NCBI GenBank assembly: GCA_965207445.1
Contig: CBDBLX010000002.1
Span: 832,001-896,000, forward strand
Direction: 5' to 3'
Length of the DNA stretch: 64,000 bases
DNA from: Nitrosopumilus sp.
Lineage (GTDB): Archaea; Thermoproteota; Nitrososphaeria; Nitrososphaerales; Nitrosopumilaceae
The notes under the pieces: generated by a model
Database searches by the model: none
What the model was told of the DNA's origin: nothing
The model's input: only the letters and a program-made list of their open reading frames with translations
Program-made: the position numbers and the translations under genes
Shown here: piece by piece, positions 55,258-64,000 of the stretch
Position numbering within the stretch: position 1 is the stretch's first letter
Layout of the letters: every line of letters starts with the position of its first letter

Positions 55258-56178
55258 TCACACATGTACTTGTTTTATGATATAGCTTGCAAGTGCATCT
55301 TCTGCTGCCTTGTTTTTCATTGTAATCTTTGTCTCGTATACGTTGATATCTAAACTCTTGATATTTTTTGCCAGAGCTCTGTCTTTTGTGTCAATTACGA
55401 TATTTGAGCATACATCTGAATACATCTGAGCAAGTCCATATGCAGTTGACTCTATTCCGGCAGCTTGCATATATTTAGCAGCTGGCCCTGTAATAGATTC
55501 ATTTCCTATAAGTGGACTTACCGCAACAACTTTTTTCTTTGCCTTTGAGAGTTCTTTTTTAATGCCCTTTATCTGAAGCATTGGGCCTATTGATGTCAGT
55601 GGGTTTCCTGGTGCCAATATTATGATCTTTGCATTTTGTATGGCATTAACTGCTTCGGGATTTGGACGTGCTTTGTCTGCACCAATGTATTCTATTCCCT
55701 CCACTTTATCTCTCCCTCTATATTTTACCCAGTACTCTTGTAAGTGGAGATCTCCTTTGTTTGTATTTAGTCTAGTTTCAATAGTGTTATCTGAGACGGG
55801 AATGATATTTGCACTTACTGCAAACTTTTCACACATCCACTTTGTAATATCAGTAAGGTTTTTGCCATTTTTGAGCATGTTTGTTCTGATCAAATGAGTT
55901 GCAGCATCTCTGTCACCGATCCTAAACCACGCCTCCTCACCAAATATTTCCATCTGTCTTAAAAAGTTAAAAGTGTCCTTTTTCACTCCCCATCCTTTTT
56001 CTTGGTCAAGTAGGTCTGCTAATCCATATATTATTGTATCAATATCTGGACATATATATAATCCATATAACCAATAATTATCTCCTACATTACTAATTAC
56101 ATTAATTTTTGATTCTTGAGTCGCTAGACCTCTTACTAGCTTTACTGAACCTGTACCACCTGCAAGTATAGTTATCAT
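55258..56178 (-). CDS. cofD: 2-phospho-L-lactate transferase
   Basis: LAGGTGSVKL, CPDIDT, WFRIGDRDAATH, HLQEYWV, PGNPLTSIGP. Confidence 0.96.
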   Translation of the reverse strand: MITILAGGTGSVKLVRGLATQESKINVISNVGDNYWLYGLYICPDIDTIIYGLADLLDQEKGWGVKKDTFNFLRQMEIFGEEAWFRIGDRDAATHLIRTNMLKNGKNLTDITKWMCEKFAVSANIIPVSDNTIETRLNTNKGDLHLQEYWVKYRGRDKVEGIEYIGADKARPNPEAVNAIQNAKIIILAPGNPLTSIGPMLQIKGIKKELSKAKKKVVAVSPLIGNESITGPAAKYMQAAGIESTAYGLAQMYSDVCSNIVIDTKDRALAKNIKSLDINVYETKITMKNKAAEDALASYIIKQVHV

Positions 56179-56492
56179 TATTCTTCTCTCTGTAATGTAT
56201 TGGTCAAATTATGCTCCATATTAGTTTTAAAATTATGGATTTTTGCCCTCAAACCCTGTGTGGGCCTTGTAGTTACTTTCAATATGGGGTGTATGTGATC
56301 TCAATTTTATAAGTACATTTTATAATGTTGCAAATCGCTGTTATTTGTAACTAATGATGGTCCCCCGTGGTTGATCGTTTTGTTGCAAGTAATCGTTCAC
56401 TCATCAATGCCTGCGCAGGCGTTAGGTGATGAATCTGTGTCTGAATTTGGTAAGGGATTGAACACCTGTGTAATCCTCCGTGTGTGGTGCGG

Positions 56493-56729
56493 GTGATATT
56501 TGCAGTTGCACTTTGTTTCCGTTCCTACTGATTACACTACCTCTGATTACACTACACATGATTACACTACACATGATTACACTACACATGATTACACTAC
56601 ACATGATTACACTACACATGAGAACGTGATGTTTGCAGTTGCTTTGTTTCCATTCCTACCAAAATATTAAGTGAACTCAAATCCGCTTCACGTCAGTGAT
56701 GTTTGCAGTTGCTTTGTTTCAATTCCTAC
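56493..56729. CRISPR. CRISPR-like repeat-spacer mini-array (3 repeats, 2 spacers); no cas genes in the window
   Basis: Repeat GTGATGTTTGCAGTTGCTTTGTTTCMATTCCTAC (34 bp) at 56626-56659 and 56696-56729, with a 36-bp variant at 56493-56528. Spacers are 36 bp (56660-56695) and 97 bp (56529-56625); the latter collapses to 37 bp when four 15-mer copies are removed. Confidence 0.55.
56529..56618. repeat. 15-bp tandem repeat inside an array spacer
   Basis: TGATTACACTACCTC once, then TGATTACACTACACA five times. Confidence 0.95.
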
Positions 56730-56793
56730 TTTGATGAAGAATAGTTTATAGCTGATGCTAGGGGTGAACTTCCAAGATGTGTCCTTGGGCTTA

Positions 56794-57520
56794 TTACTGC
56801 TTTTGACTGCTTGCCTTTTTCATCTTGTGTGGCTTGCGTTGGTACATTACTCTTGCGTGATCTGTATGGATCACACGTGTTTAAGATGTGCTACATTATT
56901 GTGATCATCTTATGCGCCAGTTATTATGCAAAGTGTGTGTTTGCATGTATGCAGTTGCTTGGATGTCTCATAGAATAGTTGCATCATTGGGTCGTGCATG
57001 AATGCAACTGAGCTGCCTCATACATGACACAGTTGATATTGTCAGTGTTCTACTTTTTGATGTGGTTCATACGCGACACGTCACCTATTTTGGGGAGGAA
57101 TCTGGCCATTGAAATTATCTTTTTTAGATTCTTGAATCGTGACACACAGTATATCTACACTACTAGTAATAGTGCAATAAATGCACCCACACTTGGGCAT
57201 GCTTATCAACAGCCCACAGTATATTCGTTATTTTCTGTCTCTTTGATGATATACTAGTCAGTATCTCTTAGAGATTCTCTTAGATGATGCATCTACTAGG
57301 CGTTTTTTGTATCACATACGTTTCTGCCAGAGTTTCCTAATTCGACCTTTTCTAACTATTCTATGTCTTTGCGCGAGTGCATTTTTACCGCGTTGATCTC
57401 TACATTGCAGGCATCGCGCAGACTACGTATACGATTCATCATTTGTGTGCGTTTGTGTCAGGTTTTTGTGGTGTCGTACCTATGTCTTGATGCCTCTTAC
57501 GTGTGGCTCAGTTACGTTGT
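56794..57520 (-). pseudogene. IS110-family transposase/recombinase remnant (central and C-terminal part)
   Basis: Manual minus-strand translation across stops and frameshifts: VTEPHVRGIKT*VRHHKNL / MMNRIRSLRD / GAFIALLL...SRFKNLKKIISMARFLP / MYEAAQ / HDPMMQLFY / AHKMITIM*HILNTCDPYRSRK / MYQRK...*, colinear with the IS110 consensus. Confidence 0.75.
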
Positions 57521-57606
57521 ATAATTATTTGTCATTTTTATTGTACAATTTGTGAAAAACAAATATCAAGATAGATTTATTACCTTTATTCATAATTAAT
57601 TAAATA

Positions 57607-58836
57607 ATGCTCAGGGCAATTATGATTGCAAGTATTGTTGCAAGTTTGGCAGTAATTGGAACTAGTACTGATTCATGGGCGGCCCAACTTGATGCCACAA
57701 TAACTCCAAGCTCTGAGACGTCACCATTTAAGATGAGTTATCTTAAAACAATTCACGTGTGGTATGAGAATGGTGGCGTTGTAGCAGATGAACTGCGTGA
57801 TGTTGATCATATCATCAATGGTAGTGCTAATTCTGGTTCTAATGCTGATGTTCAGGATTTAATTGATCGCTTAAATGTACGATTATTTGAAAGTGGCAGT
57901 CTTGCAAAGATCTCTGATTTGAATGTTGATTATACATTTATTTTATCTGGTGGAGAAGAACGTGCTTCAATAGACTACAAGATAATACTTCAAGGAACTC
58001 TCACTGATTATATCATTACTTCTGATTCACTAAAGTCACTTGTAGACTTGGGTTGGAGAGGAATGTCTGTTGATGGAAGCGTTGTTATAGATGGACAAGA
58101 GATTAATGACCCTTTTGTATTTGTAGATGATAAATTTCCTGCTACATCTGATATGATAACTAGTACAGCAGCTGATCGTATATTTGATGACTATTTGATA
58201 AATGCAGACTTTATACTTGAGCAACCATTGACAAATTGGCACTTTTTATTTGATCCTACTGGGATTAATGTTGATGCATCTACATTTGGACTAGATGATG
58301 AAATTTCAGGATTCATAAAATCTAGTTGGACTATGGGTGAGAGTAATATTCAACAAGGCAGACAAGTAGAGCGAGTTGAGGAAGAAGTTGTCACAACGGA
58401 TCAAACATATATTGTCAAGAGTGTACAATCACCTGATCAGGGAAATCTAAACATAATTGGCTTTGGTGCTTTGGACTCGATTGATGGTGTAGAGATTGCA
58501 GGTGTTACACCACAACCACCAGAGGGATACAGTAATACTGCAACAGGCGACTTTCCAATATTTATCATATATGGAATGGCGGGAATGGCTGCTGTTGCTG
58601 GTATTGCATTCTTTTTCATTAGTAACAGAGCACTGAAGAACGAAAAACAAGGACAGCAAGGAATTGATCCATCTGATCTGGTAGGACATCAGACTAGTTC
58701 TGCGTCTGGAGGTTATCAGACAAACAGAGGCGAAGCCCAACTTAGGAGCGACTCGGATTATCAACAAACTCGCAACTATTATGAGCAAGAGTCTACTACA
58801 AAACAGACGCAAGGCTATTCTGCTGCTGCCATATGA
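57607..58836 (+). CDS. Exported protein with a C-terminal membrane anchor (hypothetical)
   Basis: Signal peptide, acidic ectodomain, TM segment FPIFIIYGMAGMAAVAGIAFFFI, cytoplasmic tail. Confidence 0.85.
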   Translation: MLRAIMIASIVASLAVIGTSTDSWAAQLDATITPSSETSPFKMSYLKTIHVWYENGGVVADELRDVDHIINGSANSGSNADVQDLIDRLNVRLFESGSLAKISDLNVDYTFILSGGEERASIDYKIILQGTLTDYIITSDSLKSLVDLGWRGMSVDGSVVIDGQEINDPFVFVDDKFPATSDMITSTAADRIFDDYLINADFILEQPLTNWHFLFDPTGINVDASTFGLDDEISGFIKSSWTMGESNIQQGRQVERVEEEVVTTDQTYIVKSVQSPDQGNLNIIGFGALDSIDGVEIAGVTPQPPEGYSNTATGDFPIFIIYGMAGMAAVAGIAFFFISNRALKNEKQGQQGIDPSDLVGHQTSSASGGYQTNRGEAQLRSDSDYQQTRNYYEQESTTKQTQGYSAAAI

Positions 58837-58920
58837 TAAACTCACAAGTATTGTATAGTTAGCATGTTACATGTAATACTTGCACTATGATCGATTAGTT
58901 ACATCACTTGTCATAAAATT

Positions 58921-59200
58921 GTGTGCTGAGAGTAACCCTCCTTTTGTTCTCACGACATTTCGCTTTGCGGCCAACCTGAACCTGATACAGGATCTAAGGT
59001 CACTATTTGGCCTTTCTCCATGCGGGTCGGCTTTTTTCATTCCGCAGGTGGAAACCTCAGGGGATGCCATCATTGTACTCCACATTGGATTCATTTCTGC
59101 TCCGTTGCCAGCCGTCTCCGACTATCCGTCTTCGGATCGCACTCCTGTATGGAGGGAGGAGTTTCCTCTGCCGTAGCAGCAGTCGTGCTTCAGCTCACAC
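58921..59200 (-). ncRNA. rnpB: RNase P RNA
   Basis: Minus strand GAGGAAACTCCTCCC...AGAACAAAAGGAGGGTTA (P4 conserved regions), GCAGAAA, closing stem GTGTG-AGCTGA / TCAGC-ACAC. Confidence 0.92.
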
Positions 59201-59368
59201 TGGTGGTTATGTATAGTGTAATTTGTGTATTGTTGTTTGATATTGGTCGTTTGCATGATGTATTTTGTATCTTGTCGTTTGCTACAATATTTATAATATG
59301 AATATTTACAATTTTATAAATTTTCGTGCGGGTCGGCTCTTTATATTCATGTATGGATTATTTGTTGA

Positions 59369-60004
59369 CTAGGGCTTTTTACCTGTAATGAATAACGTTC
59401 CCATGCTCTGTTTCCATAACTCTTTTGCAGTCTTGTCTTTTATGTGGCGAATCTTTGTATCAAATCCTGCGTTTTTGAATAATTCTCTCCATTCATTTTT
59501 GGAGTACATGTGCATCATAATGCCCATTGATGATGACCATCTTTTAGTTGCTATATTTTCTGTATAATAGTCGGTTCCACATAGAAATACTCCTTCTGGC
59601 TTTAAAAGATTATAAATTTTGTTTAATGCATTTTTGACTGAATTCGCATAATATATGGACTCCATTGCAAATGCATAATCAAACTTTTGTCCCTTGTAAT
59701 TCCAACTCTCAATATCTGCACAGTAATATTTTTCTATTTTTTTATTTTGGGAGCGTAATTTTGCTAAATTAATCATCTCAATACTTTTATCAATCCCAAT
59801 ACCACGTACACAATTTGTTTGGGAGGATACTGTTCTGACAACCCACCCATTTCCACATCCTATATCTAAAAATGTAAATTTTTTGTTCTCAGACTTGATA
59901 GGTTGTAATATCTTCATCACACTTTTTGCATGGCCTTTTTCCATCTGTTCTGCTTTACCATTATGTGCCCATTGATCAAATTTTTTGGCGGTTTCATCTT
60001 GCAT
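59369..60004 (-). CDS. Class I SAM-dependent methyltransferase
   Basis: FLDIGCGNG, GIDKS, LKPEG. Confidence 0.92.
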   Translation of the reverse strand: MQDETAKKFDQWAHNGKAEQMEKGHAKSVMKILQPIKSENKKFTFLDIGCGNGWVVRTVSSQTNCVRGIGIDKSIEMINLAKLRSQNKKIEKYYCADIESWNYKGQKFDYAFAMESIYYANSVKNALNKIYNLLKPEGVFLCGTDYYTENIATKRWSSSMGIMMHMYSKNEWRELFKNAGFDTKIRHIKDKTAKELWKQSMGTLFITGKKP

Positions 60005-60052
60005 GTGTTTTATTTGTAAATGGTCCTATAATAGTTACTTTATTTGTTGCTA

Positions 60053-60355
60053 TGGCGACGAGCACAAGTCCATGTATGTCAATTTTACACGATTTTATGC
60101 CTGAAAAGATCATATGTAAAAATATTCTATTTTGAAAACATTACATCTGTTTTTAATATGAATAAAAACATTTTAGATGTGTATTGTAAAAAGTGCAGTG
60201 TTTATACTATGCCCACGAAATTAGTACTTGTTAGTTTGTAATTGGCAAATATGCCGCGTTACCGCAAAAAAATTTTGCGGCATGCTTAGGCGTGTATATT
60301 TTTAGGAAAGTTTTAAATGATCAAACCATTTACTAGGGTATGGACATGCTTGAGC
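60053..60355 (+). mobile_element. Solo 5' end of the IS630 element
   Basis: Inverted, diverged copy of ~26882-27190, from TA|TGGCGACGAGCAC to the transposase start ATGGACATG. Confidence 0.85.
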
Positions 60356-60370
60356 GTACGTGTAAAAAGG

Positions 60371-61000
60371 TCATAAGCCTTTTCTTACCGGCAGACCGAG
60401 GGTGCAGTCACCCTCAACCTCTATGCCACCCACGATCGGGTCACAGTCGTCGTTCTGGTCAGCACATGCATAATCCACAATCTCGAAGTTACCATTTTCC
60501 AAGGTAGTGGTGATGTTTGCCGACACGTGACTGTCAATCAAAGCTCGAACTTGCTCGTTTTTTTTCGGATCATCCGTAACAACCTCAATCGTCTTTGTCA
60601 AAGTGTTTAGGTTCACCGCGTAGGAATCAATTCCGAGTTTTGCGATGCTCTCCCTGAGGTTGGATTCTGCAAGAACCATCTGAGCCTTTCTCGTGGGCTC
60701 AATGTGGTGTTTTGCAAACTGCTGTTTCTGATACTTGTCCAAAATTGGCATCAGTTGGGCAATCTTTGAATCCAGGTCTCGTTTTTTCTCCAAATCGCTA
60801 GCGCCGATGAAACCTGACTGTATCTTGTTCAGTTCGGTTCTCAGATCTAAGACTTCCATCTGAGTCAGATGGAATTCTTCGTCTGACACCGTTCTAGTGA
60901 GTTCTGTGTTACCCTCTGCAGAGACGGATGTGACTGCAAATGTTGCAACCATTGCCATTGCCAAAGCAACAAACAATATCTTTTTCGTTTGTGAAGTCAT
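60371..61000 (-). pseudogene. Truncated secreted protein, probably the pre-pro region of an S1 (chymotrypsin-like) protease
   Basis: Signal peptide and helical pro-region, then CDPIVGGIEVEGDCTLG and a stop; no TAxHC or GDSG motif; abuts the IS630 end. Confidence 0.5.
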
Positions 61001-61045
61001 TACAAACTGTTACATCCTGCGTTATATACGTAAGTTTATCTAGAT

Positions 61046-61441
61046 TTGGAGTGCCTTTTACAAGCAAAACTCAACTTGCAATACGATGGACACGGACCTT
61101 GGATGGTTTATCATGCTCCTTACCAAGATGTGGATGTTGTTCCCACCGTAACATGCCGACTTTCTAAAGTGCTTTATATACTCAGGCAGAAAACTATGAT
61201 GATTATATATTTCAAAACAGGACATGGTTCCGTTAGACAAACCCCGTGGTGTGAATTGGGACAATCCAGACGTCAATAAGGTTTCAAGTTTTTTACTGGA
61301 GAATTCGAAACCACAAATTCCAAATACGTCAAGATGATGCAAGAGAACGAGAAAGTCAGGAGTGAGAGCAAGAAATTAAGGGAACAAGTTAACGAACTGA
61401 CAAAACTCATCAAACAATTAAAAAAATATGAATTCACGTAG
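61046..61441 (+). pseudogene. Hypothetical ORF with one in-frame TAA and a C-terminal coiled coil
   Basis: Frame continues after TAA (61277-61279) as GFKFFTGEF...KKLREQVNELTKLIKQLKKYEFT*. Confidence 0.3.
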
Positions 61442-61443
61442 TT

Positions 61444-61524
61444 GTAACCGTTCAACCCCTGTACCTGCGCCAGACGTTAGGCGGTAAATTTGTGCCTAAA
61501 TTTGGGAAGGGGTTGAACGGTTAC
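61444..61524 (+). mobile_element. MITE family A
   Basis: Perfect 16-bp TIR; TSD CACGTAGTT (61435-61443 and 61525-61533). Confidence 0.9.
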
Positions 61525-61565
61525 CACGTAGTTTATCTCACCATTAGAGATATTTTGTGCTATCC

Positions 61566-62815
61566 TGTAAGTAGTTCCACTTATGATTTGACATATGCAT
61601 GACTCTCCATTTCTTTTGCTGTTATGTCTTTTGGTGCTTGTTTGCGTTTATAGGCTTCTATAGGCGTCTCTTTACCGTCTTTTAGTGACATATGTGGGAG
61701 ATTATTGTACCAGTTGACGAGTCTTGTTATTGGGTCTGTTATACCCATAGTATGGAATGGATTCCCCACATGGTCGCCGGGTTTGGAACCACGAACTGTA
61801 TTACATGCAGACTCTTCTTCAAATGATTTTAGATGTTGTTCAATCTCAGAGTGAAATCGTTCTAATTTACCATTGGTTTGAGGGTGTTTTATACGTGCCA
61901 AGACTTGTTTGATACCAAGCTCGACTAACTTGTTCTCAAATACTGCTACACCGCGCTCAGAGTTCTTTTTCTCATTTGCATAGAACTGAGATCCATGATC
62001 CGTTAGTATTTGGGCAGGTTTGCCATATTTCTTGATGGCGCCCTCAAGCACCTTTATTGCATGATCACTTGTAGGTTCATTATACACTCCAAATCCCATA
62101 ATCATCCTAGATGCATCGTCCTGATAGGACACAAACCATCTACCATCGTAAATCTGCTTAAAATCCGTATGCCATAAAGAATTTGAGAATCTTCTCTCAT
62201 ATCTAACCCACTTTCACTGCTTTGCTTTTTTTGGTTGGTTTTCTACTAACTCCTCATCTTTCAATATCTTATATATGATATTGTGAGAAATATGGATTCC
62301 GATTTCTTCTTCTATTATAGTCTCGAGTCTGACTGCCATACGTCTGTTCTGCTTGCAACAAGATATCACTGCAGAATGTTCTCGACGGCCTGGTAATCCA
62401 TTAGAAGGGCGTCCCATCTTTGGAGGATATGTGATATCTTTTGGCTGTAAATGACCATATCGTGAGAACAATTTTCTAACCCATCGTGCAGATACACCCA
62501 CTAATTTTGCAATCTGGGCGTCACTCATCTCATCATTGTGCTTTTGCTGAACTATCCACCGTACCTGTTCCTCATCAAGTTTATGTATTACACGAAGTTT
62601 TTTACCATTTTTGAGCCTAGTTTTGATCTTTGTACGAGGATCATGATTGGACCCACACACCTTCATTTCCACTCCGCACACGGATATATGAGGATCTACG
62701 CCACTAGTAGCCAATTTTCTTTTCTCTCCAAGTGGGCATAAAAGCTAAACTCATCATACGCTTCATATTAAATATGATCATATCTAGGCGTACACTCAAG
62801 GCGGAACTACTTACA
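61566..62815 (-). mobile_element. IS481-family element; transposase broken by one in-frame TGA
   Basis: TIR TGTAAGTAGTTCCRC. ORFs 62214-62714 and 61581-62132 are in frame through KKAKQ*KWVRYERRFSNSLWHTDFKQ; LTDHGSQF and HPQTNGKLER present. Confidence 0.92.
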
Positions 62816-62872
62816 TTGACGATTATTCCTATGATCATATCTAGGCGTACACTCAAGGCGGAACTACTTACA
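62773..62872. repeat. Tandem duplication of the IS481 left end (43 bp, 2 copies)
   Basis: TATGATCATATCTAGGCGTACACTCAAGGCGGAACTACTTACA at 62773-62815 and 62830-62872. Confidence 0.9.
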
Positions 62873-62885
62873 AGACAACTTACCA

Positions 62886-63862
62886 TTAGAGATATTTTGC
62901 CATCTCAGCCAGATGGTCAATCCCGCGCCCTTTCCATGTGGTGATGCATGTGAATATGTTGCCCATCACGTCCGGGGTGTTTGCGGACTTTATCCCGCCA
63001 CGTATCTTTCTGTGGACCGCGACCTCGCGCAGTCCACGTTCTGCCGCGTTGTTTGTCAGAGGGGGAACGCGCGGATCCCGCACAAACGCAAAGAGGCGTG
63101 GCAGCGCATTTTTGAGCTTGCCCGGATGATTTTTGACGATCCGAGTAGTGGATTGCTGCCGTATCTTGATATCATCCTTTTGATGCGCGACGATAGTAGA
63201 CCATGATCCTTGTGCCTGTCTCGCGCGGACCTCTTCTTTTTGGCGTCGTGGAATGTGCGGCGTAGCAGGTCCAGTACGCGGCGGGCGTCTGCATCGTCCT
63301 CGTTTCTCTCGTGTATGTGGAGCGCTTTTGTGATGATATGGGACCAGCACCGCTGAAGTTTTTCCAGTATGCCGTATGAACTCCACCCGTCACATACCAT
63401 GGTGCCCTTCCATCCGGGAAGTAGTTCTTTTATGACATCTGATCCCCGACTTTTCCGTATCGCAAAATACGCCTCTTTAGTGGCAGGGTTGTCGATTATC
63501 CACACCTAGTGCAGTTTACCGTTGACGCTGTATGAAGTCTCATCCATGTGCAGTATGCGAGCTTTTCTGATGGACGCGAGTATGCGTCCGGCGGGACCAT
63601 TCAGGCATGATCCGGTCCTGGACAATATGTTGCAAATGGCGCCCGTGGATGTATGGATGCTGATGTCCCTCTGACTGTTGTCTGAGATCATCTTGACTGG
63701 CATACGCGATTCATACGACGACACGACATCTGAGATCACACCGTGGCCGTAGCCGCCCTCGCGTGGAACCGTGCCTCTTGTGTCCGGCTCGATGTTCCTG
63801 CGTCCGCACCTCGTACACTTGCAGGTGTTTATCGTATGGCGGGTGGTGTCCACCTTAGTCAA
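62886..63862 (-). pseudogene. IS66-family transposase pseudogene (GC-rich)
   Basis: CTRCG, LHMDET, VCDGW, QRCWSH, TNNAAERGLR; in-frame TAG at 63506 and a frameshift near 63120. Confidence 0.9.
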
Positions 63863-64000
63863 GAGATGTACTCATCTCTTGCAGGCGAGCAAGCACATAC
63901 CGTGCTTCATCTAGAAAGCTTGGTATGCTTGTAAAGACATCTTGCGCCTTGTCGTCATCATATGTATGACTCGTGATTCCACGTTTTTTACGATATATTT

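Noticed and set aside
56422..56619. 65-aa ORF (MCSVI)n
   Set aside because: Translation artefact of the 15-bp tandem repeat.
56426..56729. Array as a TIGR array or C/D-box sRNA (GTGATGA...CTGA)
   Set aside because: The period is ~70 nt with one long repeat, not the ~36-nt dual-repeat TIGR unit; C-to-D' spacing is only 8 nt and there is no terminal D box.
56759..56771. 13-bp match TAGGGGTGAACTT to the IS481-end copy at ~29906
   Set aside because: Matches of this length are expected by chance in 64 kb.
62214..63508. In-frame stops as evidence of recoding or readthrough
   Set aside because: TAA, TGA and TAG all interrupt mobile-element ORFs alongside frameshifts, and all three terminate core genes normally; this is ordinary decay.

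Overview
Chromosomal window from an AT-rich ammonia-oxidising archaeon (Nitrosopumilaceae/Thaumarchaeota). It is probably a host-associated, sponge-type symbiont; this is inferred from heavy IS/MITE load, pseudogenes and a giant NHL/FN3 adhesin. Core content: the archaeal shikimate operon (aroA'-aroB'-aroD-aroE-aroK-aroA), mqnC, ubiD, bcp, aquaporin, eIF5A, cspA, eIF1A, adh, scpA/scpB, rps8e, cofC/cofD, tRNA-Arg(GCG), intron-containing tRNA-Tyr(GTA) and RNase P RNA. Accessory content: (i) a composite element bounded by two MITEs (8725-11455, 8-bp TSD) carrying an RNase H-fold/DUF3800-like gene and a candidate structured RNA; (ii) two paralogous PKGTLPKGF-repeat proteins; (iii) a ~24-kb island next to tRNA-Arg with orphan solute-binding proteins, a nested IS481<IS630<IS66 stack and an 11.2-kb GC-rich adhesin gene; (iv) three MITE families; (v) a decayed IS110 transposase, missed by the ORF track, with a CRISPR-like repeat-spacer array starting 65 bp after its stop codon and no cas genes in the window. 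Item (v) is the best candidate for an undescribed RNA-guided system. All calls were made by eye, without database searches.
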